Assembly (NCBI GenBank): GCA_051439425.1
Contig: JBFRWD010000005.1
Coordinates: forward strand, 1-52,316
DNA: 52,316 nt
From: Synechococcus sp.
GTDB taxonomy: Bacteria; Cyanobacteriota; Cyanobacteriia; Thermostichales; PCC-7336
Direction of reading: 5' to 3'
The notes under the pieces are model-generated. The model did not search any database, was not told the origin of the DNA, and worked only from the letters and a program-made list of their open reading frames with translations. Below are positions 38,853-48,824 of this stretch, piece after piece (position 1 is the first letter of the stretch; every line of letters begins with the position of its first letter). The position numbers were made by a program, and so were the translations under genes.

Positions 38853-39260
38853 TCAGTCTTGCCAACCAAACCCATTCTTGATGAATCGTATGAGACGAGC
38901 TAAGAAGCCTTCGGGCTTTGCTGGGTTCGGAGGTTGAGTTTGGGGCTGTTTTACCACTGTGGGGATGTCAGTCCCACGAGAAGGAGGAGTGATGTCTTCA
39001 GGAGGAGTACTGTTGGCAGGTGTCTGCTTTGTAGGAGGTTCCTCAACTGTAGGTCCTTCAACTGTAGGTGCCTCAGAATCTTCAACCCAGTCTGCGGTTT
39101 TTATCGGGCCCGAAGCCGGAGGTTTACGAATCCCAAACGGGGTTCGCAGTAATTCCTCTTGCTCCGGAAAGACTCGCTGAAACTGAGTTTGCGAATTGGA
39201 AGACACTCGCCCCCGAAAAGATGGGTGCCTGCGGAACGCATGCGAGGGAATACGACTCAT
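38853..39260 (-). CDS. Hypothetical protein translationally coupled to the haloperoxidase
   Basis: ATGA overlap with the haloperoxidase stop (39257-39260); basic/aromatic N-terminus, Pro/Thr/Glu linker, C-terminal amphipathic GFLARLIRFIKNGFGW. Confidence 0.7.
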   Translation of the reverse strand: MSRIPSHAFRRHPSFRGRVSSNSQTQFQRVFPEQEELLRTPFGIRKPPASGPIKTADWVEDSEAPTVEGPTVEEPPTKQTPANSTPPEDITPPSRGTDIPTVVKQPQTQPPNPAKPEGFLARLIRFIKNGFGWQD

Positions 39261-41194
39261 CGGCCACCGATCCTCACAATGTCACCATCAAATGTCGGGA
39301 CAGACAGTACAAATGGGTCGGTAACGTAAGTCAGCGCTTGTTCTTCCAACAGACCGATCGCGATCTTCTCGCCCATGCGAGCACTGTCGTAATAGTCTGT
39401 GAAATAGTGAACGCCAGCCATATTGCGCCCGATCGAAATATTGGCAGCCAGCTTATTCAGCTCTCCTTCTAGTGTGAGAGGCTTATCTAGATGACATTCA
39501 ACAAGAGTTTGGCGCTCATGACATTTATCTTCTTCAGTTGACGTTTTTTCTTCTATCTTGGGTGCTCGAAAAGCAATAGCTTTGTCTTTTACACCTACCT
39601 GGGAAGGACTCTTGAATACGACCTTCTCCTCCTCATCCCTAACTAACACCGAACTGGTATCGAAAAATGCTTTAAGAATTGTGACACAAGCACCTGCCAC
39701 CGTCGCGTGACCGGCCCCATACGCAGGGTGCATCGGCGATCCTTCGGGAAACGCCATCGGCAGGAAGTAAGACGGATCGTCTTCGATACAATTGGCGTTT
39801 CCAAGCGCGAACAATTCTTCTAACGTTCCATTGTCCATCGCGTTCGTGAAATGCGCGATCGTATGTTGCAATTCAGTCGGTACTGAATCTTTTGCTGAGC
39901 CTTCGAGCTCGTGATTGTTGAATTTCCTCATTAACTCTATCCGCGCTGCCAGTGCTTCTGGGCGCAGACGTAGGTGATTGTTGAACTTTTGAAAGCGCAC
40001 AGCTTTTAATGCTCGGGTGGCAACCTCCGTCACCAACGTCAAGATGTGAGGCCCACCATACAGAGCAAATCCACTCGCATTGCGTCGTGTCTCAACATTG
40101 CCAGACGCAACTCCTCCACCCGACAAATGGTCAAATGCTGAATCAAAGGGAGTTCTCATCCCCAGCAAAATCAGGCAGGCATTCAAATAGGCTTCGTAGA
40201 GTGCGTCATAGTGGACGTAGGTGGCTAGGTCTCTAGGGGTTGAAATGAATCGGCGGGCCGGACGGTCGGGGGCCGATGCTATTTGCCCATCTTTCTTGAT
40301 GTAGGGTTCTGTGTCTTGGGCCAGTCCGCGCTGAACGCTAACGTAATCGTCCATGTTCAGCATGAAGTCTTTGCCAGGTTTTGCAATCGGAACCTGCTGA
40401 TCGATTTGCAAAACACCGTAGGTAATCAATCCCTCATCAACACTTCCACCCATGTTGAGGTCGGTATTACCAATCAGCAAAAATTGTGACAGATAAGGCC
40501 CAATATCAACGCCAGGAGACGAGCCTCTGAAAACAGTTTGCGCATCTAACTGTTTTGTCTTGCGACTGACTTTCCGAGGCCGCCCAGTTTGATTCTCAAT
40601 GTAATCCAGCTTATTCAGACGGTAGACCGATGCATTGATTTCGTCCGATGAGCTATTGCCGTCGCTATCCCCTTCAAAATCGTTGAACTCTTTGTCTCTT
40701 AAGATCGCTAACTCGTAAACCTCGGCCATCTCAAGAACCAGTTCGGGATTTGCCTCACCAGTCTTTGTTAGCAGTGGCGGTGCCGGAGCCATGGTAACCG
40801 CTTGTGCATCTGGCCCTTCGAGCTCGTAAACAACTCCAGCAGTTGGTGCTTCCCACTGTCTGAAATCTTTCTTCTCCTCAGCAGAAACCGGTTTTTCGAC
40901 GTATGTTCCATTTTTGAGTTCGACTGCAATATTCGCACCGTGTCTGACGCGCTCGGAAAATGGATCGATAAAGCCATCGTCGATCGCCCGACGAAACGCT
41001 ACAAAATCAGCTTCGTCATGTAGCAAGCCTGTGTCTACATTGTGGGGAAGTCCCTTGGTAAAGGACATGAAATACTTGCTATCGGCATACCGTTGCTCAT
41101 CCCCATTCGCCAGATGCTGAGGATGCACGCGACTTCTGGCTAATTCAGCAGCTTCCAAACGGATCGAATAGGATTCCTGACGGCGATCTGTCAT
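39257..41194 (-). CDS. Vanadium-dependent haloperoxidase (bromoperoxidase-like)
   Basis: Vanadate-binding motifs QKFNNHLRLRPE, EGSPMHPAYGAGHA, ISIGRNMAGVHY; also FTKGLPH and TPRDLATYVHYD. Confidence 0.93.
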   Translation of the reverse strand: MTDRRQESYSIRLEAAELARSRVHPQHLANGDEQRYADSKYFMSFTKGLPHNVDTGLLHDEADFVAFRRAIDDGFIDPFSERVRHGANIAVELKNGTYVEKPVSAEEKKDFRQWEAPTAGVVYELEGPDAQAVTMAPAPPLLTKTGEANPELVLEMAEVYELAILRDKEFNDFEGDSDGNSSSDEINASVYRLNKLDYIENQTGRPRKVSRKTKQLDAQTVFRGSSPGVDIGPYLSQFLLIGNTDLNMGGSVDEGLITYGVLQIDQQVPIAKPGKDFMLNMDDYVSVQRGLAQDTEPYIKKDGQIASAPDRPARRFISTPRDLATYVHYDALYEAYLNACLILLGMRTPFDSAFDHLSGGGVASGNVETRRNASGFALYGGPHILTLVTEVATRALKAVRFQKFNNHLRLRPEALAARIELMRKFNNHELEGSAKDSVPTELQHTIAHFTNAMDNGTLEELFALGNANCIEDDPSYFLPMAFPEGSPMHPAYGAGHATVAGACVTILKAFFDTSSVLVRDEEEKVVFKSPSQVGVKDKAIAFRAPKIEEKTSTEEDKCHERQTLVECHLDKPLTLEGELNKLAANISIGRNMAGVHYFTDYYDSARMGEKIAIGLLEEQALTYVTDPFVLSVPTFDGDIVRIGGR

Positions 41195-41961
41195 TAGTTA
41201 TTCCTCGAAAAAATGAATTGAAATAGAGAAGAATCAGAAGCAGAATTATCCTGAGATAAAAGGGATGACCTTTCATCAATAAACCAATCATCTGGCTCCT
41301 GCAGCAAGGGTGCGCAAACCTTACCAATAAGGTTTGGTTAAACGCTAAAGCCGCCTACAAAGTTCATCGCGATACCCAATAAACAATCAACAGGAGGTTA
41401 TAAATAGATTTACCTGCTGACAATAAGCTCTCACAATAGAGGGGGATAGATTTCTTTCGCTTTTTGTTAGTATTACAAAGCATGATTCACTTGTTTAATA
41501 GGCAACAGTAAGAACTACTATGCCTAAGGCATAACGGTTAGTAGTTTGGCGAAAACTAAACTGTTCTATACTGGCAAAGATAGGATAGATTCCTACGTCG
41601 AAGGGTCTGTATTAATTCATAAATCTGACTGCAATGTGGTTATGCAGTGTTTTTGAGATACGGTGCTGTCTCTACCAGCATTACATTGCGCGAGCTAAAA
41701 ATCTTACTAGTATTTTGATTTGGTTTGTCTTATTACTGATTCTTGGTCTTTATCGTCATTCGACTGGGACTTTGAAAGGGACTTTTTGATTCCCATGTAA
41801 TTCTTTGCCGCTGGTTATGGATTGTTATGCGACGGCCTCAGATGGGTGTCTGAACCTTTGACGGGATATTCACTCGCGTTCACTTTGCATTGAGTGGAGT
41901 TAGACCTGGTGAGTGGGATAAAGGCTGTTACATTGAAATCTGCCCAGATCCTGAAGCCCGT

Positions 41962-42459
41962 ATGAAATATCTAGTTGCTGTGTTGGCCGATCGCATTGCT
42001 GCCGAGGGAGCCTACACCACCTTAGAAAAAGCTGGGGTGCCGATGGATAGAGTGGTGATATTAGGACGGGGCTATCGATCTGCTGACGAGTACGGATTGA
42101 TCGACCCTAAGGTTCAGGCCATCCGACAAATGAAACTGATGGCTTTGTGGCTGGTGCCGTTTGGATTCTTTGCAGGTGTGGGCTTTAATCTATCCACCGA
42201 GTTCGCGATTATTGGCACCCCGCGCTACGACCAACTACTTGGCGGTCTGTTGGGGGCGATCGCCGGAGCAATGGGCAGCTTTTTCATTGGCGGTGGTGCT
42301 GGCATTGCCTTTAGTAGTGGCGATGCGCTGGTTTATCGCAATCGTTTGAACGAAGGCAAGTACATCGTCGTGGTAGAAGATCCTGAATTTTTAACCCAAA
42401 ATGCCATCCTATTATTAAAGGACTACGACCCTGAATACTTGCAGGGATATGACGAGTAG
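41962..42459 (+). CDS. Conserved cyanobacterial membrane protein (general-stress-protein-like)
   Basis: YLVAVL.DRIAAE.AY..L, ILGRGY.SADEYG..DP, Gly-rich TM pair, YRNRLNEGKY; start ATG 41962. Confidence 0.75.
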   Translation: MKYLVAVLADRIAAEGAYTTLEKAGVPMDRVVILGRGYRSADEYGLIDPKVQAIRQMKLMALWLVPFGFFAGVGFNLSTEFAIIGTPRYDQLLGGLLGAIAGAMGSFFIGGGAGIAFSSGDALVYRNRLNEGKYIVVVEDPEFLTQNAILLLKDYDPEYLQGYDE

Positions 42460-42481
42460 CCCTTATCGCTAGTTTTCGCCT

Positions 42482-42859
42482 TTACGAAGCGTCGATTTCC
42501 AACGCTTTTGACCCCCCTTGAACCAGCTCCCGCAGGAGTGAACCTAACTGAACCCAAATCAGAATGGTCGGAAACGCAACCATCACGACCGAAATCGGTA
42601 CGCCGTAAGAGAGTGGAAAGCCGATCGCCACAAATGAATACACCGAGAACACCATCAGTAAGAGACTGGTGACAAGGTAGGCAAAGAAAATTCTGGGTTG
42701 GCGATACTCGACCGTTTCTTGAGTCTTGCGGTTGGCATTCCAGACTTCAACTTCATGTTCCAGCATGTCCTTAAACATGAGCCCCCACGCAACTGCAAAG
42801 AATAGGCTCATTGGAAATGCAACGCGCACGAACTGTGGAGCAAAGGGATCGAATGGCAT
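42482..42859 (-). CDS. Hypothetical membrane protein
   Basis: 125 aa with three hydrophobic segments; C-terminal WVQLGSLL..L..GGSKALEID. Confidence 0.7.
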   Translation of the reverse strand: MPFDPFAPQFVRVAFPMSLFFAVAWGLMFKDMLEHEVEVWNANRKTQETVEYRQPRIFFAYLVTSLLLMVFSVYSFVAIGFPLSYGVPISVVMVAFPTILIWVQLGSLLRELVQGGSKALEIDAS

Positions 42860-42973
42860 AGGGACAATGAAGTTTTATGAATGGCTTGATTATAGGCAAC
42901 TCTAGGCCGTGGGAATAGTCTGGATGACAACACGCTGAGTGATGGGCTAGGGAATGCGTTGCCGCCAGCCGGG

Positions 42974-43226
42974 GGGCAGGGTCCTACTACTCGCGTTCTG
43001 TCTGACGATTTAGACGGTATCCGACACCAACGATTTGAAACTGCAATTCGGTTTGACGGTACTGATTGCTCACAACATCGATCTGGCTCCTAGGGTTACT
43101 TCGGTGCATATAGGAGATGAGGTGAGATTTTTGGGTGAATACGAATGGAATCCGCAAGGGGGCGAGATTCACTGGACCCATCAAGATCCATACCAGCAGC
43201 ATGTGGATGGCTGAATCGAGCATCTT
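42974..43226 (+). pseudogene. DUF3465-family pseudogene
   Basis: GQGPTTRVLSDDLDGIRHQRF, then a frameshift, then LKLQFGLTVLIAHNIDLAPRV...GEYEWNPQGGEIHWTHQDP..HVDG*IEH; TGA at 43212 where Trp is expected; N-terminus missing. Confidence 0.8.
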
Positions 43227-43304
43227 CCTGGTTCGTACCTCTTTTCGAGGGGAAATTCCTGCTGTAGCCTAGATAGACACTCTTACCCTGCTGAACTAGC
43301 GCTT

Positions 43305-43832
43305 ATGCTGCCAATTCCCGCCCCCAAAAACGACCTACAATATCGTGCGATCGGGTTTATCAAAGGCAGACTTGAGGCCAGCCAAGGCTATGCGCAGGCA
43401 ACCTTAATTACTGAAGACGGTGGCGAACACCCGGTCACTCCTGGTCGCATCGAGCTGCTGGAAAAGTTCAATCACTGTGTGGAAAGCGGTGCCACCTACT
43501 GGTTTTACGTTCATCCTCAGCCCCGTGACGATCGCATGGGATACGGTATCGTGCGCATTGCCACTGATGCTGAAGGGGAGCCGGAAGAGGGATATTTGCC
43601 GGCTCCTGAAGATGCGGAGGCTGGATTTAACCTGCGCGGCAATGTCGAGGCGCGGGGCAATGTGCTGATGGTGTCGATTGGTCGCAAGCCCAGCGGCCCT
43701 CGTACGTTTCCTCCGTTGAAGATTCCTGTACAAGGTTTTTTGCCTGGGATTGAAACCGGGCAGTTTTGGGATTTGTGGGCGGAACAGGACGGTCAGGATT
43801 TAGTTTTGGTGGATGGCACCCGCATTGCTTAG
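43305..43832 (+). CDS. Conserved hypothetical protein
   Basis: 175-aa ATG ORF; PIPAP...QYRAIG.I.G motif, F.LRG, GQFWDL. Confidence 0.7.
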   Translation: MLPIPAPKNDLQYRAIGFIKGRLEASQGYAQATLITEDGGEHPVTPGRIELLEKFNHCVESGATYWFYVHPQPRDDRMGYGIVRIATDAEGEPEEGYLPAPEDAEAGFNLRGNVEARGNVLMVSIGRKPSGPRTFPPLKIPVQGFLPGIETGQFWDLWAEQDGQDLVLVDGTRIA

Positions 43833-43928
43833 ATTTATTTTTCAGGCTTGCTCTGGCTAACTCCATCATTGTTTCTAGACGTTGCAGCCAGCCTGAGAGG
43901 GGGAGATTTATTATTTTAGGCTTGTTCT

Positions 43929-44477
43929 GTGGCAGCGCTCGCCCTCGTCACTGGTCCTACCCGAAGTGGTAAAAGTCGGTTTGCCGAATCGCTTGCCGCA
44001 AGTTTCCGGCAATCTGTGACCTATGTGGCAACCGCTCGCCGTAGTCCTGACGATGAAGAATGGCAAGCGAGGATCGATCTCCACCGGCAGCAGCGCCCAG
44101 ATGATTGGACAACCCTAGAAGTTCCAGTGGAATTACCACAGGCGATCGCAGCAGCCACTTGTGGCCAGACCTATCTGGTTGATTCGTTGGGCACGTGGGT
44201 GGCCAATTGGATCGAATGCGATGATGCCATCTGGCAGGACCAGGTGGAACAGTTGTTGCAGGCGCTGCGGGATTGTGCTGCGAATTGTGTGTTTGTGGGG
44301 GAAGAAGTGGGCTGGTCGGTGGTGCCTGCATACGAGCTGGGACGACGGTTTCGCGATCGCATGGGTTTATTGAACCAGCGGGTGGGAGCTCTTTCTGATG
44401 CGGTTTATCTAGTGACAGCAGGGTTCGCGATCGACTTGCGTCAAGTTGGCATTGCGGTTGATTCTAGAGGCACGTGA
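43929..44477 (+). CDS. cobU: Bifunctional adenosylcobinamide kinase / guanylyltransferase
   Basis: [44 protein letters not shown]. Confidence 0.95.
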   Translation: MAALALVTGPTRSGKSRFAESLAASFRQSVTYVATARRSPDDEEWQARIDLHRQQRPDDWTTLEVPVELPQAIAAATCGQTYLVDSLGTWVANWIECDDAIWQDQVEQLLQALRDCAANCVFVGEEVGWSVVPAYELGRRFRDRMGLLNQRVGALSDAVYLVTAGFAIDLRQVGIAVDSRGT

Positions 44478-44530
44478 GAGGGAACAGAATCCATTGTTTA
44501 ATCGAGCTGGTTGGGTTCGAGGGCTGCAAG

Positions 44531-44896
44531 ATGACTTATGCACCGCTCAATTTTCAGGAGAAGCTGGCTCTGTTTGGCGATCGCTGGCCTCCTAGAGTGA
44601 TTGCTGAAATGAACGATTACCAATTCAAGCTCGTGAAAGTTCAAGGGGATTTTGGTTGGCACGACCATCCCAATACTGACGAGGTATTTATTGTGCTGGA
44701 TGGGAAAATGGCGATCGCTTTTCGAGATGGGACTGTGGAGTTATCTGCTGGAGAAATGTTTGTGGTTCCCAAAGGGGTCGAACACAAGCCGTATGCGGAA
44801 CGGGAATGCCATATGTTGTTGGTTGAACCCAAAGGGATCGTGGATACGGGAGATGCTGGGGGAGAGAGAACGGCTGACAATGATGTATGGGTGTAG
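44531..44896 (+). CDS. Cupin-domain protein
   Basis: [44 protein letters not shown]; start ATG 44531. Confidence 0.9.
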   Translation: MTYAPLNFQEKLALFGDRWPPRVIAEMNDYQFKLVKVQGDFGWHDHPNTDEVFIVLDGKMAIAFRDGTVELSAGEMFVVPKGVEHKPYAERECHMLLVEPKGIVDTGDAGGERTADNDVWV

Positions 44897-45234
44897 TCTC
44901 TTCTGGTCTCATCCGGTTAACTTTATGGACCTTTTTCAACTCGCTAGCTCCTTATTCGTACGAGTGAACTCGCACCGACTACTGTAACTGGACGACATTC
45001 CCAATTGGCGGAACTTTGCGATATTTCATCCTCTCTCGCCGCATCTTTACTGCTTCCTATCCAGATGTTCGGGACTACACTCGATGTTTTTTCATTTCAC
45101 CTTGTAAGACTGGGATGCTTTTTCCACTCTTGATGAAATCATCTTGGATTCCTACATTCTCTATCCCTTTTGTGAACTCTTGGTTTTAATGTTGAGAAGC
45201 TCTATGTATATTCTTTTGACGAGACAATCATATT

Positions 45235-46002
45235 ATGAACTTCTTTCGCAGAACAGAGACGACGAACATTCGAGTTGGGTTTGTTGTTGCAGGAACTCAA
45301 AAGGGAGGGACATCAGCACTAGACATATATCTTAGAAAACATCCAGATATGATGATGGCGACAAAAAAGGAAGTTCATTTCTTCGATCGTGAGAAAAATT
45401 TTTTGGAGTCAGTTGATTATGATAAATATCATAGTTTTTTCGATCGCGAACGGCAAGTGAAAATAATTGGCGAGGCTACTCCAATTTATATGTATTGGAA
45501 ATCTTCACCGAAAAGAATTTGGCAGTATAATCCCAAAATGAAATTTATCATCCTCCTTAGAAATCCAATCGAGCGAGCATTTTCTCATTGGAATATGGAG
45601 CGAAGCAGAGGTAATGATTCTTTCTCTTTTTGGGATGCGATCTCTAATGAGACTGAAAGATGTAGGGAGTCATACCCACTTCAGCATAGGGTCTACTCAT
45701 ATATAGATCGAGGATTCTACTGTCAACAGCTTGAAAGGATTTGGTGTTTTTTCCCAAAACGGCAAACCTACATTATTAAGAGTGAGAACCTTAGAGAAAA
45801 CCCTATCGAGACTTTAAGAGAAATCGCATCCTTCTTAGGTGTTGATGATTTCTCTGATGTTGCTTGTATTGATGCTCACTCAATTCCGTATACAACTGAA
45901 ATGACAGAGAGAGAATACCAATATCTTGTAGATGTTTTTTCTGATGAGATTCAACGGCTTGAGAAAATTCTTGGCTGGGATTGCTCGTCTTGGTTAAGGT
46001 GA
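45235..46002 (+). CDS. PAPS-dependent sulfotransferase (heparan-sulfate 3-O-sulfotransferase-like family)
   Basis: 5'-PSB GTQKGGTSAL, KEVHFFD, GEATPIY, 3'-PB LRNPIERAFSHW, YIDRGFY; visibly AT-rich. Confidence 0.88.
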   Translation: MNFFRRTETTNIRVGFVVAGTQKGGTSALDIYLRKHPDMMMATKKEVHFFDREKNFLESVDYDKYHSFFDRERQVKIIGEATPIYMYWKSSPKRIWQYNPKMKFIILLRNPIERAFSHWNMERSRGNDSFSFWDAISNETERCRESYPLQHRVYSYIDRGFYCQQLERIWCFFPKRQTYIIKSENLRENPIETLREIASFLGVDDFSDVACIDAHSIPYTTEMTEREYQYLVDVFSDEIQRLEKILGWDCSSWLR

Positions 46003-46443
46003 TATTGCCGGTTCTATAAAACATACTAGTTCAATTGGCTGTTTGATTTTTTTGAACAGCTCTATAAGGATTTCAGATCTTATTAATGAAAGAAATATTC
46101 TGAAATCAAAATAGCGAATAGGAGTTTGGTTCTATGCTTAAGAATGAAATTGTTGCCAGGAAAATTGTGTCCCATTAGACCATCAGTTAAGATGGCGAGA
46201 CTGAGTATATATGGGATCGAGCATCAATGCATAGAGTTCGAGTTCTACCTTCCTAAGATAGTGTTTCTAAAGAAAAGTAAGCGAAGAGCTTAGTCTCCGA
46301 TCTCGGCCCAATAGACGTAGCATCAGACGGATACGGCCCTTTTTCTTTGAGGCTCACTCTGTCGAGCTGACGTTGTTCTACTTCGCGGAAGCGGCTCGGT
46401 AGAGATGAAATAATAGACCTGTATGGCAATCGCTGGGGATGAG

Positions 46444-48519
46444 TTAAACGTTTCCTAAGAAGGTGATGTTGACGGTTGCAGTATCGAATCCGCCGTTGCC
46501 ATCCGAAATGGTGTAGGTGAAGGAATCGGGGTCCCCATCGCCGAAGAAGTTGGTGTTGGTGTATTCTAGGGTGCCTCGACCGTTATTCGCTACGGAGCCA
46601 AACGTAGGTTGGGTAAAAGAATCGATAGAGATACTGTCCCCATCCGGGTCTGAGTCATTGCCCAAAATATTGATAGGGATTGGGATGAATGGTGGAGGAC
46701 CAAGGACAGTGTCATCCACCGCATCAGGAGCATTGTTGGCAGAGTTAACGGTGATATTGACGTTAGCAGTACTGGTACCGCCATTGCCATCAGAAATGCT
46801 GTATTCGAAGCTATCAGTACCGTTGAAGTTGGCATTGGGAGTGTAGGTAAAGGTCCCGTTGGTGTTGAGGGAGAGGATTCCGTTACTGGGTCCACTGACA
46901 GGAGTGGTATCCACCGTGAGAGTGTCCCCTTCAGCGTCAGAATCAGGAGTGGAGCCACTGAGACTACCGTCTATGACGTTGCCCGTGAAGGCAGTGTCTT
47001 CGTTAGTCGTGAAGGAATCAGCAACTGCCGTGGGGGAATCGTTAACGGGGTTGATTGTGAAGATGAACGTACCGGTTGCAGCGCTGGCACCATCCTCGCC
47101 ACCATCCGACAGCTCAAACGTGAAACTATCTGTGTTTGTTTCACTACCGTTATGGACATATCGCACCACACCATTATCGATATCCGCTTGAGTAAAGTCT
47201 TGGATACCAGTACCCTCATTAGTGGTTAGCTCAACGCGTCCGTTGCTGGTCGCTCCCGTGATGGAATATAAGAGACCTGCACCACTGTCATCTGGATCTG
47301 CTCCATTTAGTTGAGTATTCAGAAGAATAAGAGAATCCGCTTCATCAAGAGTGGCTCTAGTATTGACTGCGACAGTGGGGGAATTGTTGACACCTGTGAA
47401 CGAAAGGGAGACAGTCCCGGTACTAGAGCCACCTACCTGGTCAGTGATGGTGTAGGTGAAGCTATCAACGCTACTTGCACCACTCGGCAGTGTGTCGAAT
47501 TGGCCATTGGTGTCGTAGGTAAACGTGCCATCACTGTTGACCGTGAGGATGGCCCCTGATTCTGGCAAGGTAACAGCATTATTGACGGAAGCATTACTCC
47601 CATTGATGCTGGTAACGATGAGGGGATCCCCATCAAAATCAAAATCAACGCCAGTACCGTTATCTGCTAAGACATCCCCCATAATGACGGCGTTCTCAAG
47701 CCCGCTCAGAAAGTCATTTTGGGCGTTGGGGGCAACGTTGGGCAGGATGAAATCTACACGAGTGATATTGGCTGCAGCTATGCCTCGTAAGATGGTCAGG
47801 ATCTGCCCATCATTGGGGTCTCCAGGCTTGTTGAGGGTAACGACGGTATTTCCAGACAGGTCGCTGATGTCGAGGTCGGCAAAGGTGATGCCACCACCGA
47901 TTTGAATAAGGTCTAAGCCATCTTCAAAGTTACGAATCTCGTCAGTGCCTTGTCCAGGCACAAAACTAAACACATCCCGACCGATACCGCCATCAAGAGT
48001 GTCGGTCCCCGTGCCGCCGGTTAGGGTGTCATCTCCGCTTCCCCCCAGCAGCCAATCATCCTCACTGTTGCCAGAAAGTTTGTCATTCCCCGAGCCCCCA
48101 TTTAGGGTGTCGATCCCCTTGCCTCCACTTAGGGTGTCGTTTCCGCTTCGCCCAGCAAGCCAATCATTATTACGGTTGCCATTTAGCTTGTCATTTCCTT
48201 GGCCTCCATTTAGGGTGTCGCTGCCCGTGCCTCCATCCAGGAGGTCGTTTCCGCTTCCCCCGATTAGCCAATCATTGTTACTGCCTCCATCCAGGAGGTC
48301 GTTTCCTCGGCCTCCTTTGAGGGTGTCTCTGCTGCTGCCTCCTTCTAGGGTGTCGGCACCCGATTCTCCGAGAACATAATCTGCACCGCTTGCGCCGAGG
48401 ACTCTGTCATTCCCCGCAGAGGCACTAATCGTATCGCTGCTTCCCAACCCTCTAATGAAATCGTTACTCGCAAAGCCGTTGAGAACGTCTGCGCGGGAAG
48501 TGCCGTTGATGTTGGCCAT
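46444..48519 (-). CDS. RTX-repeat surface protein with cadherin-like / Ig-like (tandem-95, CSPG-type) domains
   Basis: N-terminal GGxGNDxL repeats; NVAPNAQND, DSFTYTITD, FTQADIDNGVVRYVHNGSE, NFNGTDSFEYSISDGNGG. Confidence 0.88.
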   Translation of the reverse strand: MANINGTSRADVLNGFASNDFIRGLGSSDTISASAGNDRVLGASGADYVLGESGADTLEGGSSRDTLKGGRGNDLLDGGSNNDWLIGGSGNDLLDGGTGSDTLNGGQGNDKLNGNRNNDWLAGRSGNDTLSGGKGIDTLNGGSGNDKLSGNSEDDWLLGGSGDDTLTGGTGTDTLDGGIGRDVFSFVPGQGTDEIRNFEDGLDLIQIGGGITFADLDISDLSGNTVVTLNKPGDPNDGQILTILRGIAAANITRVDFILPNVAPNAQNDFLSGLENAVIMGDVLADNGTGVDFDFDGDPLIVTSINGSNASVNNAVTLPESGAILTVNSDGTFTYDTNGQFDTLPSGASSVDSFTYTITDQVGGSSTGTVSLSFTGVNNSPTVAVNTRATLDEADSLILLNTQLNGADPDDSGAGLLYSITGATSNGRVELTTNEGTGIQDFTQADIDNGVVRYVHNGSETNTDSFTFELSDGGEDGASAATGTFIFTINPVNDSPTAVADSFTTNEDTAFTGNVIDGSLSGSTPDSDAEGDTLTVDTTPVSGPSNGILSLNTNGTFTYTPNANFNGTDSFEYSISDGNGGTSTANVNITVNSANNAPDAVDDTVLGPPPFIPIPINILGNDSDPDGDSISIDSFTQPTFGSVANNGRGTLEYTNTNFFGDGDPDSFTYTISDGNGGFDTATVNITFLGNV

Positions 48520-48824
48520 AGTGTCAGGGGCGGAATTAAAGGAAAACCATGCATACAGCTAGCTATTAGAGCAACTCGCTAGCGTCAGTTGCGTGGAAGC
48601 AGGTTTAGTATGACCATCTCGATCCTGAAAATGACCGGTAGGGAGGTTGGGCGTACGGGCGATTGAGGCTTACAGATAGCGCGCCATCTTCCGGGACCAT
48701 AGCCCAAGCTGTAAAGGTTACCTGCGTATTGCCAGCAGCACTATGAGCTCCAGGCAGTCTAGGGGGTTACCACGTGAGTGATGCCTTCCTGATTGAAAAT
48801 TCCGTATATTTACTAGGGCATCAG

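Noticed and set aside
41609..41622. NtcA box (GTA-N8-TAA)
   Set aside because: One mismatch in an AT-rich region; expected by chance
42987..43223. 78-aa minus-strand ORF
   Set aside because: Antisense shadow of the DUF3465 pseudogene
47990..48360. Periodic DNA repeats as a non-coding repeat array
   Set aside because: Explained by coding RTX nonapeptide repeats
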